A DNA stretch of 63,122 bases, the filler included, from Octopus bimaculoides (Eukaryota), in the NCBI RefSeq assembly GCF_001194135.2. It is 6 parts of 6 records of this genome, joined end to end, with 100 filler letters (N's around TTAATTAATTAA, not from the genome) between each part and the next. Parts side by side here need not be neighbours in the genome. Positions count along the whole stretch, not along the records: positions 27,969 to 55,241 come from NC_068997.1; positions 55,342 to 59,013 come from NC_068982.1; positions 59,114 to 63,122 come from NC_069003.1; 3 more parts are not named here. One strand, given 5' to 3'. Shown piece by piece: positions 51,336 through 63,122 of this stretch. The position numbers were made by a program, and so were the translations under genes. The notes beneath the pieces were generated by a model. It did not search any database. It was not told the origin of the DNA and saw only the letters and a program-made list of their open reading frames with translations. Each line of letters starts with the position of its first letter. The first letter of the stretch is position 1.

Positions 51336-54300
51336 TAATTAAACAACAACAGAGAAAGAAACACAAGAAATCTTCAGATTCGTTTCTCCCAACGATATTA
51401 ATAGTGTGTGAGACAGGAAACAATCATCCAAAATAAATCACGGACTTGGTTCACCAGAAGCTTACCCCTGCTTTGTTTTAATCATCCTCTTATAGGCTAA
51501 ATTGCATGAGTTCACACGCATATAGAAAACCAAATAATTTTTTTGTTTTAGTTAAACACTGGACCGTTTCCCATGCAGTATACACTCTCCTTTGCATTAC
51601 TGATGTCATCGTTGACAAGAGTAAACGCTAAAACAACTCATCTTTGGTTTACTGCAGGGCTTCCTCGTCCCTCCAACACAAGATTGGACTCAAGACATAG
51701 CTATGAATACTTTTTTACAGAGACGTGCTCAAAAATGCGCGCGCATACAAACACAAACCTACACATGTATGCATATATGCAGTCACACACGTGAATATAT
51801 AATTCTAAAATTGAAATTTAAAAAAGTACTCGTATATCACTAGCTTATGCTAAACAGCTTCTTGTAATGCACAGCCTTCCCTTGAATATCAATTATGTAA
51901 CTCATGCAACTGAGAAAGTCAGAAGCAATTTCTATTACTGATTTATCTTTTCATGTTCGATGATAAACACAACGATTTTGTCATTGTTGATGAGTTGCTG
52001 ACATTAGTATCTCACCATCACAAGCACAAGTGCTACATCAGGAGCACAAGTTACTACACCAACAAGTAGAGATAGCTAGAGTGAAGTAGAGACAGAGATG
52101 GAGAGACAAAGAAAAAAAAACAGAAAAGCAAGCAGGTCCAAAAGAGAGGTGGTACGCAAGAGTGAGTAGGACGTAAGCTATGAAGGAATAATCAGAGACA
52201 AGACACAGAAATTGGATTTAGATTGGGTTTTAGAATAAATCTTTGACACATATCGGACGTCTAAGTATAAAGATAGACTGATGCCGATACACAATTCATA
52301 GAAGAGCGTTCATTGGTTGCTATCTAGGAAAGGAAAATAAAAAGAATGTGAGTCACCAGGTTAGTAGAGATTCACTTTCTTCCTTTTTCTCTTTCTCGCT
52401 TCTCCTCTCTCTCACATTTCTTGGTCTTCTCTTTCTTTAACTCCCACTATTTTCCACTCGTTTATCTCTCCTGTACCTTCCTCTTTGTCTCTGATTTTTT
52501 TTTTATAATCCTTCAATCCCGCTGCCCCTACCCATCTCTCCTCCTTCCACGTGGCCGCTGTCCGGTCAACCATGATCTATATATAAAGTGAAAGGGTTTT
52601 GTCAATTTATTTATTTCGACTGTCCACCTGCGATGGTGATTAAAGTGACTGTACGCGATGAATATCCAATACCAAACAATCTTAATCTCCATATTTAAAC
52701 TGCATTGAACTTTGGCAAGCTTACCATTACCTATTCTGAGTTACTTGAAAGCTGATGTTCCCTTCCTTCTCTTCTATTTGTTGATACATTTGTTTACCTA
52801 CCAATGCTTTGTTTTACTTTAAGGACCCATCCATTATGATATTTCGAACGCGCCATCTTTTTACGGTGAACTGCTAAAGATTCAAAGCAGCATTCGTGAA
52901 TTAAAGTCAAACTCTTCATGTCTTCATTTTCCATTACCTGAAGTCAGTTTCAGAATGGTCGTACACTCTAAGCACGTAGCAAATACATTCCTTTAACTCT
53001 ACTTTTTCAAGTACGTATTATATTGCCATTTTTGATTGCACCAATCATACTTCTCTCCGAAAAAAATAACTCTCTTTGCTGTTTAATAAAATAAACTCGC
53101 AAAGGGTTAGTTTCAACGTCTTCTTTCAATTTCCTTACACCATTTATGTGACTGTTTCTAACAAGAAATTTCGCTTTCATATAAAACAGCTATATTTTTG
53201 TAGTCATTTCCATAATCTACTCCCAAAACACTTCAATCGCTCTACTTTGCATCACTTACAATGTTATATGTTCTATGATCATTAAACTACAACAACCTGC
53301 ACATTAACCAGCTTTCAATTTGGTTTTCTGTTCCTAGGTTAATCGGAAACATAGATTGCCGTGCAACTCATAAACTTCGGCAGTTCAATTACTTGGTGAA
53401 AAAAACCCACCAAAGGAACTTAAACTGTCCAAAAGACGGGTGCGTTTGTCACTATATACAATTTTTACAAATGTGTGTGTGTATATATATAAATATATAT
53501 ATATCATAAAGGAATATGAATGGACAGCTCTATGCACGTTTTCGTAGCATGACGATGTATTCAATAATGCATGATATTACTTAAAATTACATTATCCTTA
53601 TCAAGTAACTGAACCATTTCATCAGGCAATGTTTTACTGGTAAATTCAATCTGTGCAAAACTATGTTTGCGGAAAATATATATATTAAATTCAGGTGTTT
53701 GAGAGAAAAGAATATAATACAATCGTTTTAGTTGAGAGAGGAGGTGATTTGAATTGCAACCAATCAATCAGTTTATTTGCTGAGGGCAGTAGCAATAGTA
53801 ATAATGTTAGATTTTGTTGGTAGACACATGACAATTCTATCGCTTAGACAATTATATATATTTACCAGTCAAGAGTTTATCAGTGACATAAACTGTAATA
53901 AATTATTACTGTCAACACAATAAATCTTACTAGCAAGTTTGGACAACCAGCCAGCATAATGTCACCACTTCGTAACGTGTATACACACACAAGATTCTTA
54001 TAAATGTGTGTATATATATGATATGCATATGATTACACATATAGATATGCGCGAGCACGCGCGAAAAGAGGAAGAAATTTATGTAAGCAGATACAAATAC
54101 ACGTTCATACACATTAAAATCTACAAATTGAAGTTAAAGAATAAAAAGAATAAAATTAAGAGGTCGTAAACTACAACAAAAATATGGTAATATATGGTAA
54201 AATTACGTAACCAAATTTTGACATGCAAAATGAAGTGGAAAAATATAAAAATGTAAGCATATGCTTAAAAATAACTATATAAATGCAGACAACTATATTA

Positions 54301-55206
54301 CACAAACACGAATAGAAAGAATCTATATAGACATATACGTCTACACACATAAATATATACACGTATTTTAAAATTTATAAATTTAAAATAAAAATAAAAA
54401 GTTGATTTATAAGATAAAAGAGAATATAAAGACACCGTATTAAAATTAGATGTAAAATTCGTTAAAAATATATTAATATGATAAGGTATGCTGATTAAAC
54501 TCAGATCAAAAGGCTATACTTAAGATGAATACCGTCATGGCCTGGTCAGTATGATATTTTCACCGAAAAACAATGAACTAAATTCACCTATTAAATATTT
54601 TATTTAAAGCGGGTCTGGGGGCACTTCATTCGTGTGGATAACAACAAATAATTTAACAAGTTGCTGAATGTGGAAGAGAATAATGATTATATAAGATCAG
54701 TTAGATGATATTGATTATATAATGAAAAAGCCATGATCGTCTAGTTATAAACCTCGTCAATAAATAAAACAAGCACAGTTTAGGTGACTTCACCTATGGA
54801 GAGAGATACTGATGGTTTGGAGGGCGTAGTTATTACAGAAAAAGAAGTCGTAAACATACATATGTGTATATGTGAATATGTGAATGGATGTATAATCATC
54901 TGTATGTGTATATATGTTAGCATATGTATGTTTGTGTGTACGAATGTGCGTGTGTGTGTGTGTGTGCGTGCGCGTGTGTGTGTATGAGCGAGTGGACCAA
55001 CGAAACAAAGGGCACTCGACACAGTTACTAGGAGTCACATGTATTATTCCAAACAGTTTGATTAGAATTTCTTGCTATTTCAAGTTTCGCAAGTCTCTAA
55101 CAGAGTCTGTCTCCTCAGGCTGGTGGGTTTCGGATATCCCACCAGCCTAAAGGATTAGGGATTGGCGAACATTGAAGTAGCATGGAATTCGAAACAAACT
55201 GTTTTG

Positions 55207-55241
<35 letters not shown>

Positions 55242-55341
55242 NNNNNNNNNNNNNNNNNNNNNNNNNNNNNNNNNNNNNNNNNNNNTTAATTAATTAANNN
55301 NNNNNNNNNNNNNNNNNNNNNNNNNNNNNNNNNNNNNNNNN

Positions 55342-55579
55342 ATAGTAGGTGCCTTAGGTATAATAAAAAAATATTCAGACAAATACATAACAAAAACACC
55401 AGGACTTACAAATATATATAACATACAGAAAATTGCACTACTGGGTACTGCACACATTCTACGCAAAACACTTTCAATACAGTAAACATAAGAGCACCAC
55501 AGCAAACCACAGCACATACCCAAGGCGCACAGAGCTGCGCTCGGTAGTGAAGTGAAAGCACGTTATAAAAATAAAACTA

Positions 55580-55585
<6 letters not shown>
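55342..55585 (+). mobile_element. R4/Dong-like LINE 3' end with (AAT)n tail
   Basis: IVGALGIIKKYSDKYITKTPGLTNIYNIQKIALLGTAHILRKTLSIQ*, then a UTR and (AAT)n at about 55583-55630. Confidence 0.75.
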
Positions 55586-55617
<32 letters not shown>

Positions 55618-55631
55618 TAATAATAATAATG

Positions 55632-55990
55632 ATATAGCAAAATGTGGAACCTGAAGACTAAAAGAATACTTGTTGTCATAGGTGCCCTGGGAATGATAGC
55701 AAAGGGAGTTGATACCTACTTAGCTCAGATACCAGGAAACCCCCAAATGGCAGAAATTCAAAAGATAGTGCTCATGGGAACTATCCATATCTTGCGTAAA
55801 ATATTTTCAATGTAATCTCAAGTTTTAAAACAAACATAATTTTCTTATGGTTTCTTAGACATTTTCTAGAACAACACTATTTACAAAACCAAATATATGG
55901 CACCGTAGGCATAATACCAACATGAACTTCTAACTTGTTGTCTCTTGAGATCTCTAGGTGAGACTTAGATCCAAATTGTACAAATGCAAA
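55632..55990 (+). mobile_element. R4/Dong-like LINE 3' end, different subfamily
   Basis: IAKMWNLKTKRILVVIGALGMIAKG...QIPGNPQMAEIQKIVLMGTIHILRKIFSM*. Confidence 0.75.
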
Positions 55991-57574
55991 GCAAAAGACA
56001 AACATAAAATAATAATAATATTACATATATTTGGATGCAGAATAAGTTAGGAAAAGAAAAAGCATTTAATGCAAGTTGGCTACTGAATTCCGTTTGCAAA
56101 ATTTAACTTCATTTATTAAAATATGCCTCTATACAAATGACAGAAAGCAACAAAATAAAAGCGGCATTGGTTGTCGTCATTTCACATTGTCTTATCAAGA
56201 TGTCTTCAAACAATATAAAATTGCATGTGCCAGTTTCACTTACAGACTTTACGACTGAAGGCATTCTTTGTTTAGAGCCAAGGGAATACTGTGATCACGT
56301 AGCTCCGCTTATTTCAACTCATCATGTTTGTCCAATTTAGACTGCACTTAAGTAAATGGCTATTTTCAGATGGAAAACTTGTTCGGTACATTTTTCGGCA
56401 AGTGTAATTCCTGTAGATTGAAATATGAACAGCGCAAAGTCAAATACGTCAAAGCCACCGATGTTATGAACGTTCTTAATGAAGATCAAAGGTCATATAA
56501 TAACTGCCACACGCCATAAATTCTTAATTTATTGAAATTTTTCTCTAAGATGGAGACGGAAACCAAATATCTTGAGGGAATTCTAAGCAAAACTGAATGA
56601 GAAGATGAGGTGATTTGAAGAAATTTATAATATATTTCAAAACAATTTTCTACGTACATATGGAGGGGAGAGAGATTAATCGTTATCAGATGAAGGCACA
56701 TGTGTTTCTAATGTAGCATGTGGTNNNNNNNNNNNNNNNNNNNNNNNNNNNNNNNNNNNNNNNNNNNNNNNNNNNNNNNNNNNNNNNNNNNNNNNNNNNN
56801 NNNNNNNNNNNNNNNNNNNNNNNNNNNNNNNNNNNNNNNNNNNNNNNNNNNNNNNNNNNNNNNNNNNNNNNNNNNNNNNNNNNNNNNNNNNNNNNNNNNN
56901 NNNNNNNNNNNNNNNNNNNNNNNNNNNNNNNNNNNNNNNNNNNNNNNNNNNNNNNNNNNNNNNNNNNNNNNNNNNNNNNNNNNNNNNNNNNNNNNNNNNN
57001 NNNNNNNNNNNNNNNNNNNNNNNNNNNNNNNNNNNNNNNNNNNNNNNNNNNNNNNNNNNNNNNNNNNNNNNNNNNNNNNNNNNNNNNNNNNNNNNNNNNN
57101 NNNNNNNNNNNNNNNNNNNNNNNNNNNNNNNNNNNNNNNNNNNNNNNNNNNNNNNNNNNNNNNNNNNNNNNCTGAACCTTATTAATTTTGCCTTTAGGTT
57201 TTAATTGCTAATAAGCTACCCTTTTAATATATTTTATATATATATATGTAGAAGGTTAAAAAGGAACACACGAGTTGATATGTATGGAAGAAATGTCAAG
57301 GTAGAAAATGCTAAAATAATTTTATGAAAAACATTTTCGTACGGGTTTCAGTCATTGAGACGTTTTCAAGAGTAAACATGAGAGACATAAACAAGCAGTA
57401 ACTTCTTTTTTTAAAAAAATACCTTTAATTTTTCCCAAATTTAATTGTTTTCTATACTTACAGTTAAACAAGTCCCAGTGACTGAAACCGGTACTGAAAT
57501 ATTTTTTATAAAATTATTTTAGTGTTTTCTACCTTGACTTTTTTTCCATATATATATATATAATTTAAATATAG

Positions 57575-57965
57575 ACGCAGGAGTGGCTGTGTGTTTGCTT
57601 ATCAATCACATGGTTCCGGGTTCAGTTCCATTGCGTGACAACTTGGGCGAGTACCTTCTACTATTGCCTCGGGCCGACCAAAGTCTTGGGAGTGGATTTG
57701 GTAGGCGGAAACTGAAAGAAGCCCGTCATGTATATGCATATATATGCATGTGTGTATGTCTGTCTGTGTTTTTCTCCACCATCGCTTCACAACCGACGTT
57801 GGTGTGCTCACATCCCCGTAACTCAGCGTTACGCCAAAAGAGACCGATAGAATAAGTGCTATGCTTACAAAGATAAGTCCTGTGGTCGATTTGTTCGATC
57901 TAAGGCGCTGTTCCAGCATGGCTGCAGTCAAATGACTGAAACAAGGAAATAAATAAAAGAATAAA
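57575..57965 (+). mobile_element. tRNA-derived SINE, near full length, with internal (TA/TG)n
   Basis: GCAGGAGTGGCTGTG head, GGTTCAGTTCC B box, gggccgaccaaag, 3' ccagcatggc.gcagtcaaatgactgaaac and an A-rich tail. Confidence 0.8.
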
Positions 57966-58372
57966 AGAATATATACATATACCTATATTTTTGTGTGCAT
58001 GTATGTCTGTGCATATGCATACGCACGAACTTGCATACGTATATACACATATATGTACGTATATACATACATGCATACAAGCATCATTAAATAAGTAGTG
58101 CATTTTATTTACAGACGGGTACAGATACGAAGGACTGAAATGTTAAACATTGTACAGCGTGTTCAAAAAGTCTCTCTGCAGTGAATTTGTTTTACCATGG
58201 CGTTACTCCAAGAGTTTTTCGGTGAAAAGTTTTTCGGAGAACGGATTATGTCGGTGGTGGAGGAGGTAGTGTTGTTTTAATAATGTCGGTGATGATGTTG
58301 TTGGTGTTGGTATGATGACGATGTTTGCAGTGTTGATGTTGGTGATGCCGGTGACTGTGATGACAATGATGA

Positions 58373-58422
<50 letters not shown>

Positions 58423-59406
58423 ATGATGGATTAATACATGAAAGTAACTGGCATGAGTGATTTTGAATCTATTTCCTGCATAAACTCTAAATTATATACC
58501 TATAATTCATTTCCATTAATGACTGTTCTCTATATGAAATTGCTACATTTTGTGGTTTAAAAAAATCTATCTTTCACTTATAAGTGCCCACAAATGTATG
58601 TCTGTGTCTGTGTGTGTGTGCGCGTCGTGTATGCGCGAGCTTGTATGTATTTATGTATGCAGGTATATGCTTTCGAAATGCATATGTGTCCATCTGCACG
58701 CATAAAAATGCCGTTCCTAATTTTGCCTTGCGACGTTCTTTATGCGAAATAGTGTACTAAATAATAATTATCAATCTATCTATCTATATATAATAATATA
58801 TTTGTTCAAGCCTAACGAGGTCGTACGTCAAATACTTTTTCGTGATGGTCTTCGATGTTACCAATGACATGAACACGTCTTCTCTTGTGCAATGTGTGAA
58901 AGTTTTTAAGCGTAATTCCTAAGAGTGTTCCACGCGTGGAACTTATTGATCAAATGTTTGATTACATGATTTAGAAGTTAGATAGGTATCTGTGTGATAA
59001 TACACATACTCCCNNNNNNNNNNNNNNNNNNNNNNNNNNNNNNNNNNNNNNNNNNNNTTAATTAATTAANNNNNNNNNNNNNNNNNNNNNNNNNNNNNNN
59101 NNNNNNNNNNNNNATACCCAGATTACATATACTCCATCTCCACCGGAAAAACTTTATCTTGTGAGTTTTCCAAAGTCCTCTCCTCACCCCTTGGAAAAGA
59201 TTTCCCCCACAAATTACTTTATAATCGTAATGTATGCCGTTTCAAAGGTATTTCTATAAAATTTCGTTGAAAAAAACCCCATTTTCCTAAAAGTTATGAA
59301 GGAAAAGCTCGGATCTTGTAAATTTTCCGAAGTCCTTTTAAATTTAATTTTGTTGTGCGTGTATGCCAAAAAAACTCATTTAAAAATGGATCCTTCTATC
59401 CTTTAT

Positions 59407-60133
59407 GGCGCTTCTTTAGAAACGCACCTCTCCAAGAAAATGACACTTAATCGTAAAAAAAGGTTAAGAAAATGGGAAATATATTAAAAATAAATGAAGC
59501 AAGCAAAAAATTAGGAAATGAAAAAGAAACGGACACTCGCGAATATAAACAAGCATGAGAAGATACAAAGGGCAGTAACTTACTTTTACCTGTCAGATAT
59601 TGTTCATGATATGAGGGGCCAAATAGCCATAATTTATTTTCTCTGTGAACTGAAAACAAAAATTAAAAAAAAAAACTTGCATACGTCTTAAACATATTTA
59701 CTGTATTGTTTTATAATTATTTCTGTCGTATATCACAAAATCATAAAATGGGCGAATGTAAAGCGAGTGCACCTTAACCAGTGTGCGCAGTAAAAACAAT
59801 CAAGAGTTTGCAAACGATATTGTCGAGATCCACGCGTATCATTGACTGGTAAAAGTTTCCGCCCAGTTTATATTTGCCAGTGTCCGTTTCCAGTTTTACT
59901 TTTTAGTATAAAATATTCAAAAATAGAGAATCTTCCGAATGTTTTGCATACTTCATTTAATTTGGATATATTTCCCATTTTCCTAACTTTTTTTTTACTG
60001 TTCAGCGTCATTTTCTTGGAGAACTGCGTTTCTAGAGAAGCGCCTCATTTATTTTGTATATATTTTCCATTTTCATAACTTTTAAAAAATTGGGCGCCAT
60101 TTTCTTGGAGAGGTGCGTTTCTTAAGGAGCGCC
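59407..60133. mobile_element. Foldback/MITE-like element with a duplicated subterminal repeat
   Basis: 59407-59500 GGCGCTTCTTTAGAAACGCACCTCTCCAAGAAAATG... is reverse-complemented at about 59950-60045 and again at about 60094-60133. No TSD seen. Confidence 0.7.
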
Positions 60134-60959
60134 GAAAAAATATTCTAAAAATATATTAAGAAAAAAAACAAAATGATTAAAATACTTACCTTAACTGTTG
60201 ATTAACTTAAATGGAAACTACACAACAAACAAGACAGCATCAACAGACGTAAATACTTCCTCTCTCTAAAGTATGTCGGTATTATAATTAATAACTGCCC
60301 AGGGCCCTTTTAAAAACTTATTTCAAATTCAGTCATTATCGGTTCAGTTATTTGAAGAGAGCATACGTTGCGAAACAAACAGCTCCCTAAAGGAGTGCAT
60401 TAAGTCGGTGGTGATGGTAATTAAATGTTTACTGTCTTTAAAATATATGTGTGTTATAATAACTAGCTATTTAACAAACACAACTGCCCATGCCATTATA
60501 TCGAATTATACAAATAAGCTTCAATTTCAGTCATTATCCATTTACTATTAACATTAATATTTTAAAGAGACGATACATTCATAAACACGATTTTCTCTCA
60601 GCCACAACAGTCCTTAGTGACGCGGGCTTTCTCTTGAATCAAGCGCCTTGCAAATTGATTGGTGCTTTTGGTTGTAGTAACAGTTAGTGCCACCTAACGG
60701 TATTTGTTGTAAGAAAAGTTTTCTTTTGATGGTGAATGTAAGTTATCTTTCCTTGAATACTGGCGCCGATAGTGTTTGCTCACGCGTACACATATACATA
60801 CAAGGATGTATATATACGCCATATATATATAAACACACCAAAACAATATGAACATGTATATATGTGTGTGTATGTATACCAATGTCTGTGTATATACACA
60901 GACATTGGTATACATATATATATAGAGAGAGAGAGAATAGAAAAACCTCTGACACATTC

Positions 60960-61505
60960 AACCAGTATCCGAAGTTTCAAACTGTTTAGTTAAAAAAAAA
61001 TTAATTAAGCTGTTTCATCATTCAGTGATGAATATTGTTTTAACCACAGGATAGCTCTGATTGTAAAGGATCTGTAAGAAAAGGCGTTCCAGCTATGACC
61101 ATTTCGTCTTATTCTTTTCTAGAAATAATGAATTCCTATGCGAACATTATAAAATAATATAAACTTGAATTATTTTTTTTCTTTTCGTCCGGAAGATTTG
61201 GTTGCTCTTTCTAGCAACTCGAGCGACCAGGTAAAGGCTCTCTCGTTCCCTTGGTCACCTGTTGTTTAGTCCCGAGTTAGAGCTGATTGAAAAGATATGA
61301 TCAAAGACGTCCCAACTGTGACCATTCCGTCTTTCTTCCCAGACATAATGAACTCTACGTGGAAAGACTCCTCCCCCCCAATCAACTACGATAAATTATT
61401 GAAAGAACTATTTACGAAGTTCACAAAGATCTGATCAATTTGGCTCACAGATTTTTTTAATTATTTTTTTTAACTAAACAGTTTGAAACTTCGTACACTG
61501 TTCTA
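60960..61505. repeat. About 45-bp inverted repeat pair
   Basis: cgaagtttcaaactgtttagttaaaaaaaa at about 60970-61000 and ttttttttaactaaacagtttgaaacttcg at about 61464-61493. Confidence 0.7.
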
Positions 61506-62180
61506 ATGTGAAGTGGTATTCTACACCTTCGAATACCTATCGTGGATTACCCACACAAATGTGCTCCACCACCAACTTTTTTACTCATAACTTTAAAGAA
61601 ATGGATATCTTTCTAATGAAATTTTTTTACAAATGCCGTTCAGATGGTGTAAATTACTATTTTATCAGAATTTAATGTGAAAAACGAAAAGAATAAAATA
61701 AAATTGGTTGGCACGCACACAGACGTACTGACTCAGACCACATTTGTTCAAATTTTCAAGTTTCATTTTTTCGACATCGATTTTTCTGAAAGTTATGAGG
61801 AAACAAAGTGGGGGGGGGGGAACACTTATATAGGTATGGTCATATCTGCCAAATTTAATTAAATAACATGAATGTTATATGAAATTAGGATATATTCCAT
61901 CTCATGCACAGATTTATTAATTATATTTTTTTAACTTAACACTGGTAGAATGTGTCACGTAGAACAGGGTTTTAAAGTTGTCGTATTGGTAATTTTAACT
62001 AATCAATGACATGTATTCAGGCTGAAGAAAATTACTGCTGCTGTTTGCGAACACCAACTTCCGGGTCCATTGACAAAGCGATGAATCTTCGACAACAAAA
62101 AAATTTAAACTGAAAATCTCCCTTAACAAAACCTTTCTTTAATAACCAGAGATGTTTTTATAGCAACATATATGAGAATG

Positions 62181-62242
<62 letters not shown>

Positions 62243-63122
62243 ATACAAATAATAAATGAGTACATGCATATATACGTACATGTATGTACATACTTACATC
62301 TACCTGTATATATAGATGCATATCTGGGTACAGGGCATTGTAAACAAAGCGTAGACAAAATGATAAACGAGTACAGAAAACACAAAGGCCACATAGAGAA
62401 CATCTCCTTCATCAGCTGCTCCCATTCTAACACAGGCGTTTCGAAGAGTAGGGCAGGATGCATCGTTAAAATGGCTCTTCCCACGGACCACAAATTAAAT
62501 TTAATTCAAATTAAACTTGTAACGTGGAGGGATGTCGTAGCGGACAAAACAAAACAGTGAGAACAAACAAGAAGGCTATACGGCCAGACGTGAAAAAAAT
62601 ATATGTGCTGAACGCTGTGAAGCAATGAACTGGAAACGAGACGAAGAATTGCTCGTGCTAGCTTCGTGAAAGCGAAGATATGAAAGAAAGATGAGTAGTC
62701 AGACACGTGACCAGGGAAGGGTAGGAGAAAGCGTGGGTGCTCCAACATGGCCACAGCCATTGGACTGAAACATATAAAAGAATATATATATATACACACG
62801 CACACATTAATAATAGGTAGAAGTTACAGAGTGACAACTCGTCTAGTCGCTAGACGCGCTAAAAGATAGCAGCCAAAGTATCCCTCTACCTAAATCACAC
62901 GCCCATTGTACGCAATGTCCTAGATTATCCCTAAAAAAACAGTTTCCTGAAGGCTGGAATGTCTTTGATGACAGGTTTGCTTATCAGGATTGACAAGACT
63001 TCCGCCCCTCCCAAAACCACCCTTAAAAATTTTTTTTTTTTTTTCGGCTACGGGGAATATGAATCTGCAAAAAAATTGGCAAAAATCGACATTTCTAAAT
63101 TACCCCTCACCCCACCCCCACT

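Noticed and set aside
55127-55158. Perfect 11-bp hairpin AGGCTGGTGGG/CCCACCAGCCT with CTGAGGA and GAAA on the minus strand
   Set aside because: The order and spacing of the motifs do not give a valid HHR junction. A single hairpin has no further support.
62180-62560. 126-aa ORF
   Set aside because: It starts in a microsatellite, has no recognisable domain and shows no convincing splice sites.

Overview
AT-rich, gap-ridden eukaryotic genomic DNA, dominated by (TA)n/(CA)n/(CATA)n/(AAT)n/(CAT)n microsatellites and tRNA-derived SINEs. This composition looks like a cephalopod (Octopus-like) genome, which is my inference. Five identical 100-nt spacers (44 N + TTAATTAATTAA + 44 N) suggest the window is six concatenated pieces, so adjacency across them is not evidence. 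The only host gene I can support is three in-frame, minus-strand exons of a GAF-type cyclic nucleotide phosphodiesterase (PDE11A-like) at 46795-46703, 45024-44974 and 40799-40653. The rest is mobile DNA: a full-length 2858-bp Chapaev3/CMC-type DNA transposon (12-bp TIRs, TAA TSD, decayed transposase); a full-span but frameshifted Naiad-type Penelope-like element; two gag-knuckle ORF1-only remnants; Tx1, RTE and R4/Dong-like LINE fragments; MITEs; and SINEs. The most interesting signal is a set of minimal type-I hammerhead-ribozyme (HHR) motifs in small non-coding repeats. It includes related copies with fully covarying stems and one element that joins a tRNA-derived head to an HHR. Nearly all long ORFs in the supplied track are microsatellite or N-gap artefacts. 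All alignments and folds were done by eye, so the boundaries of degraded repeats are approximate.
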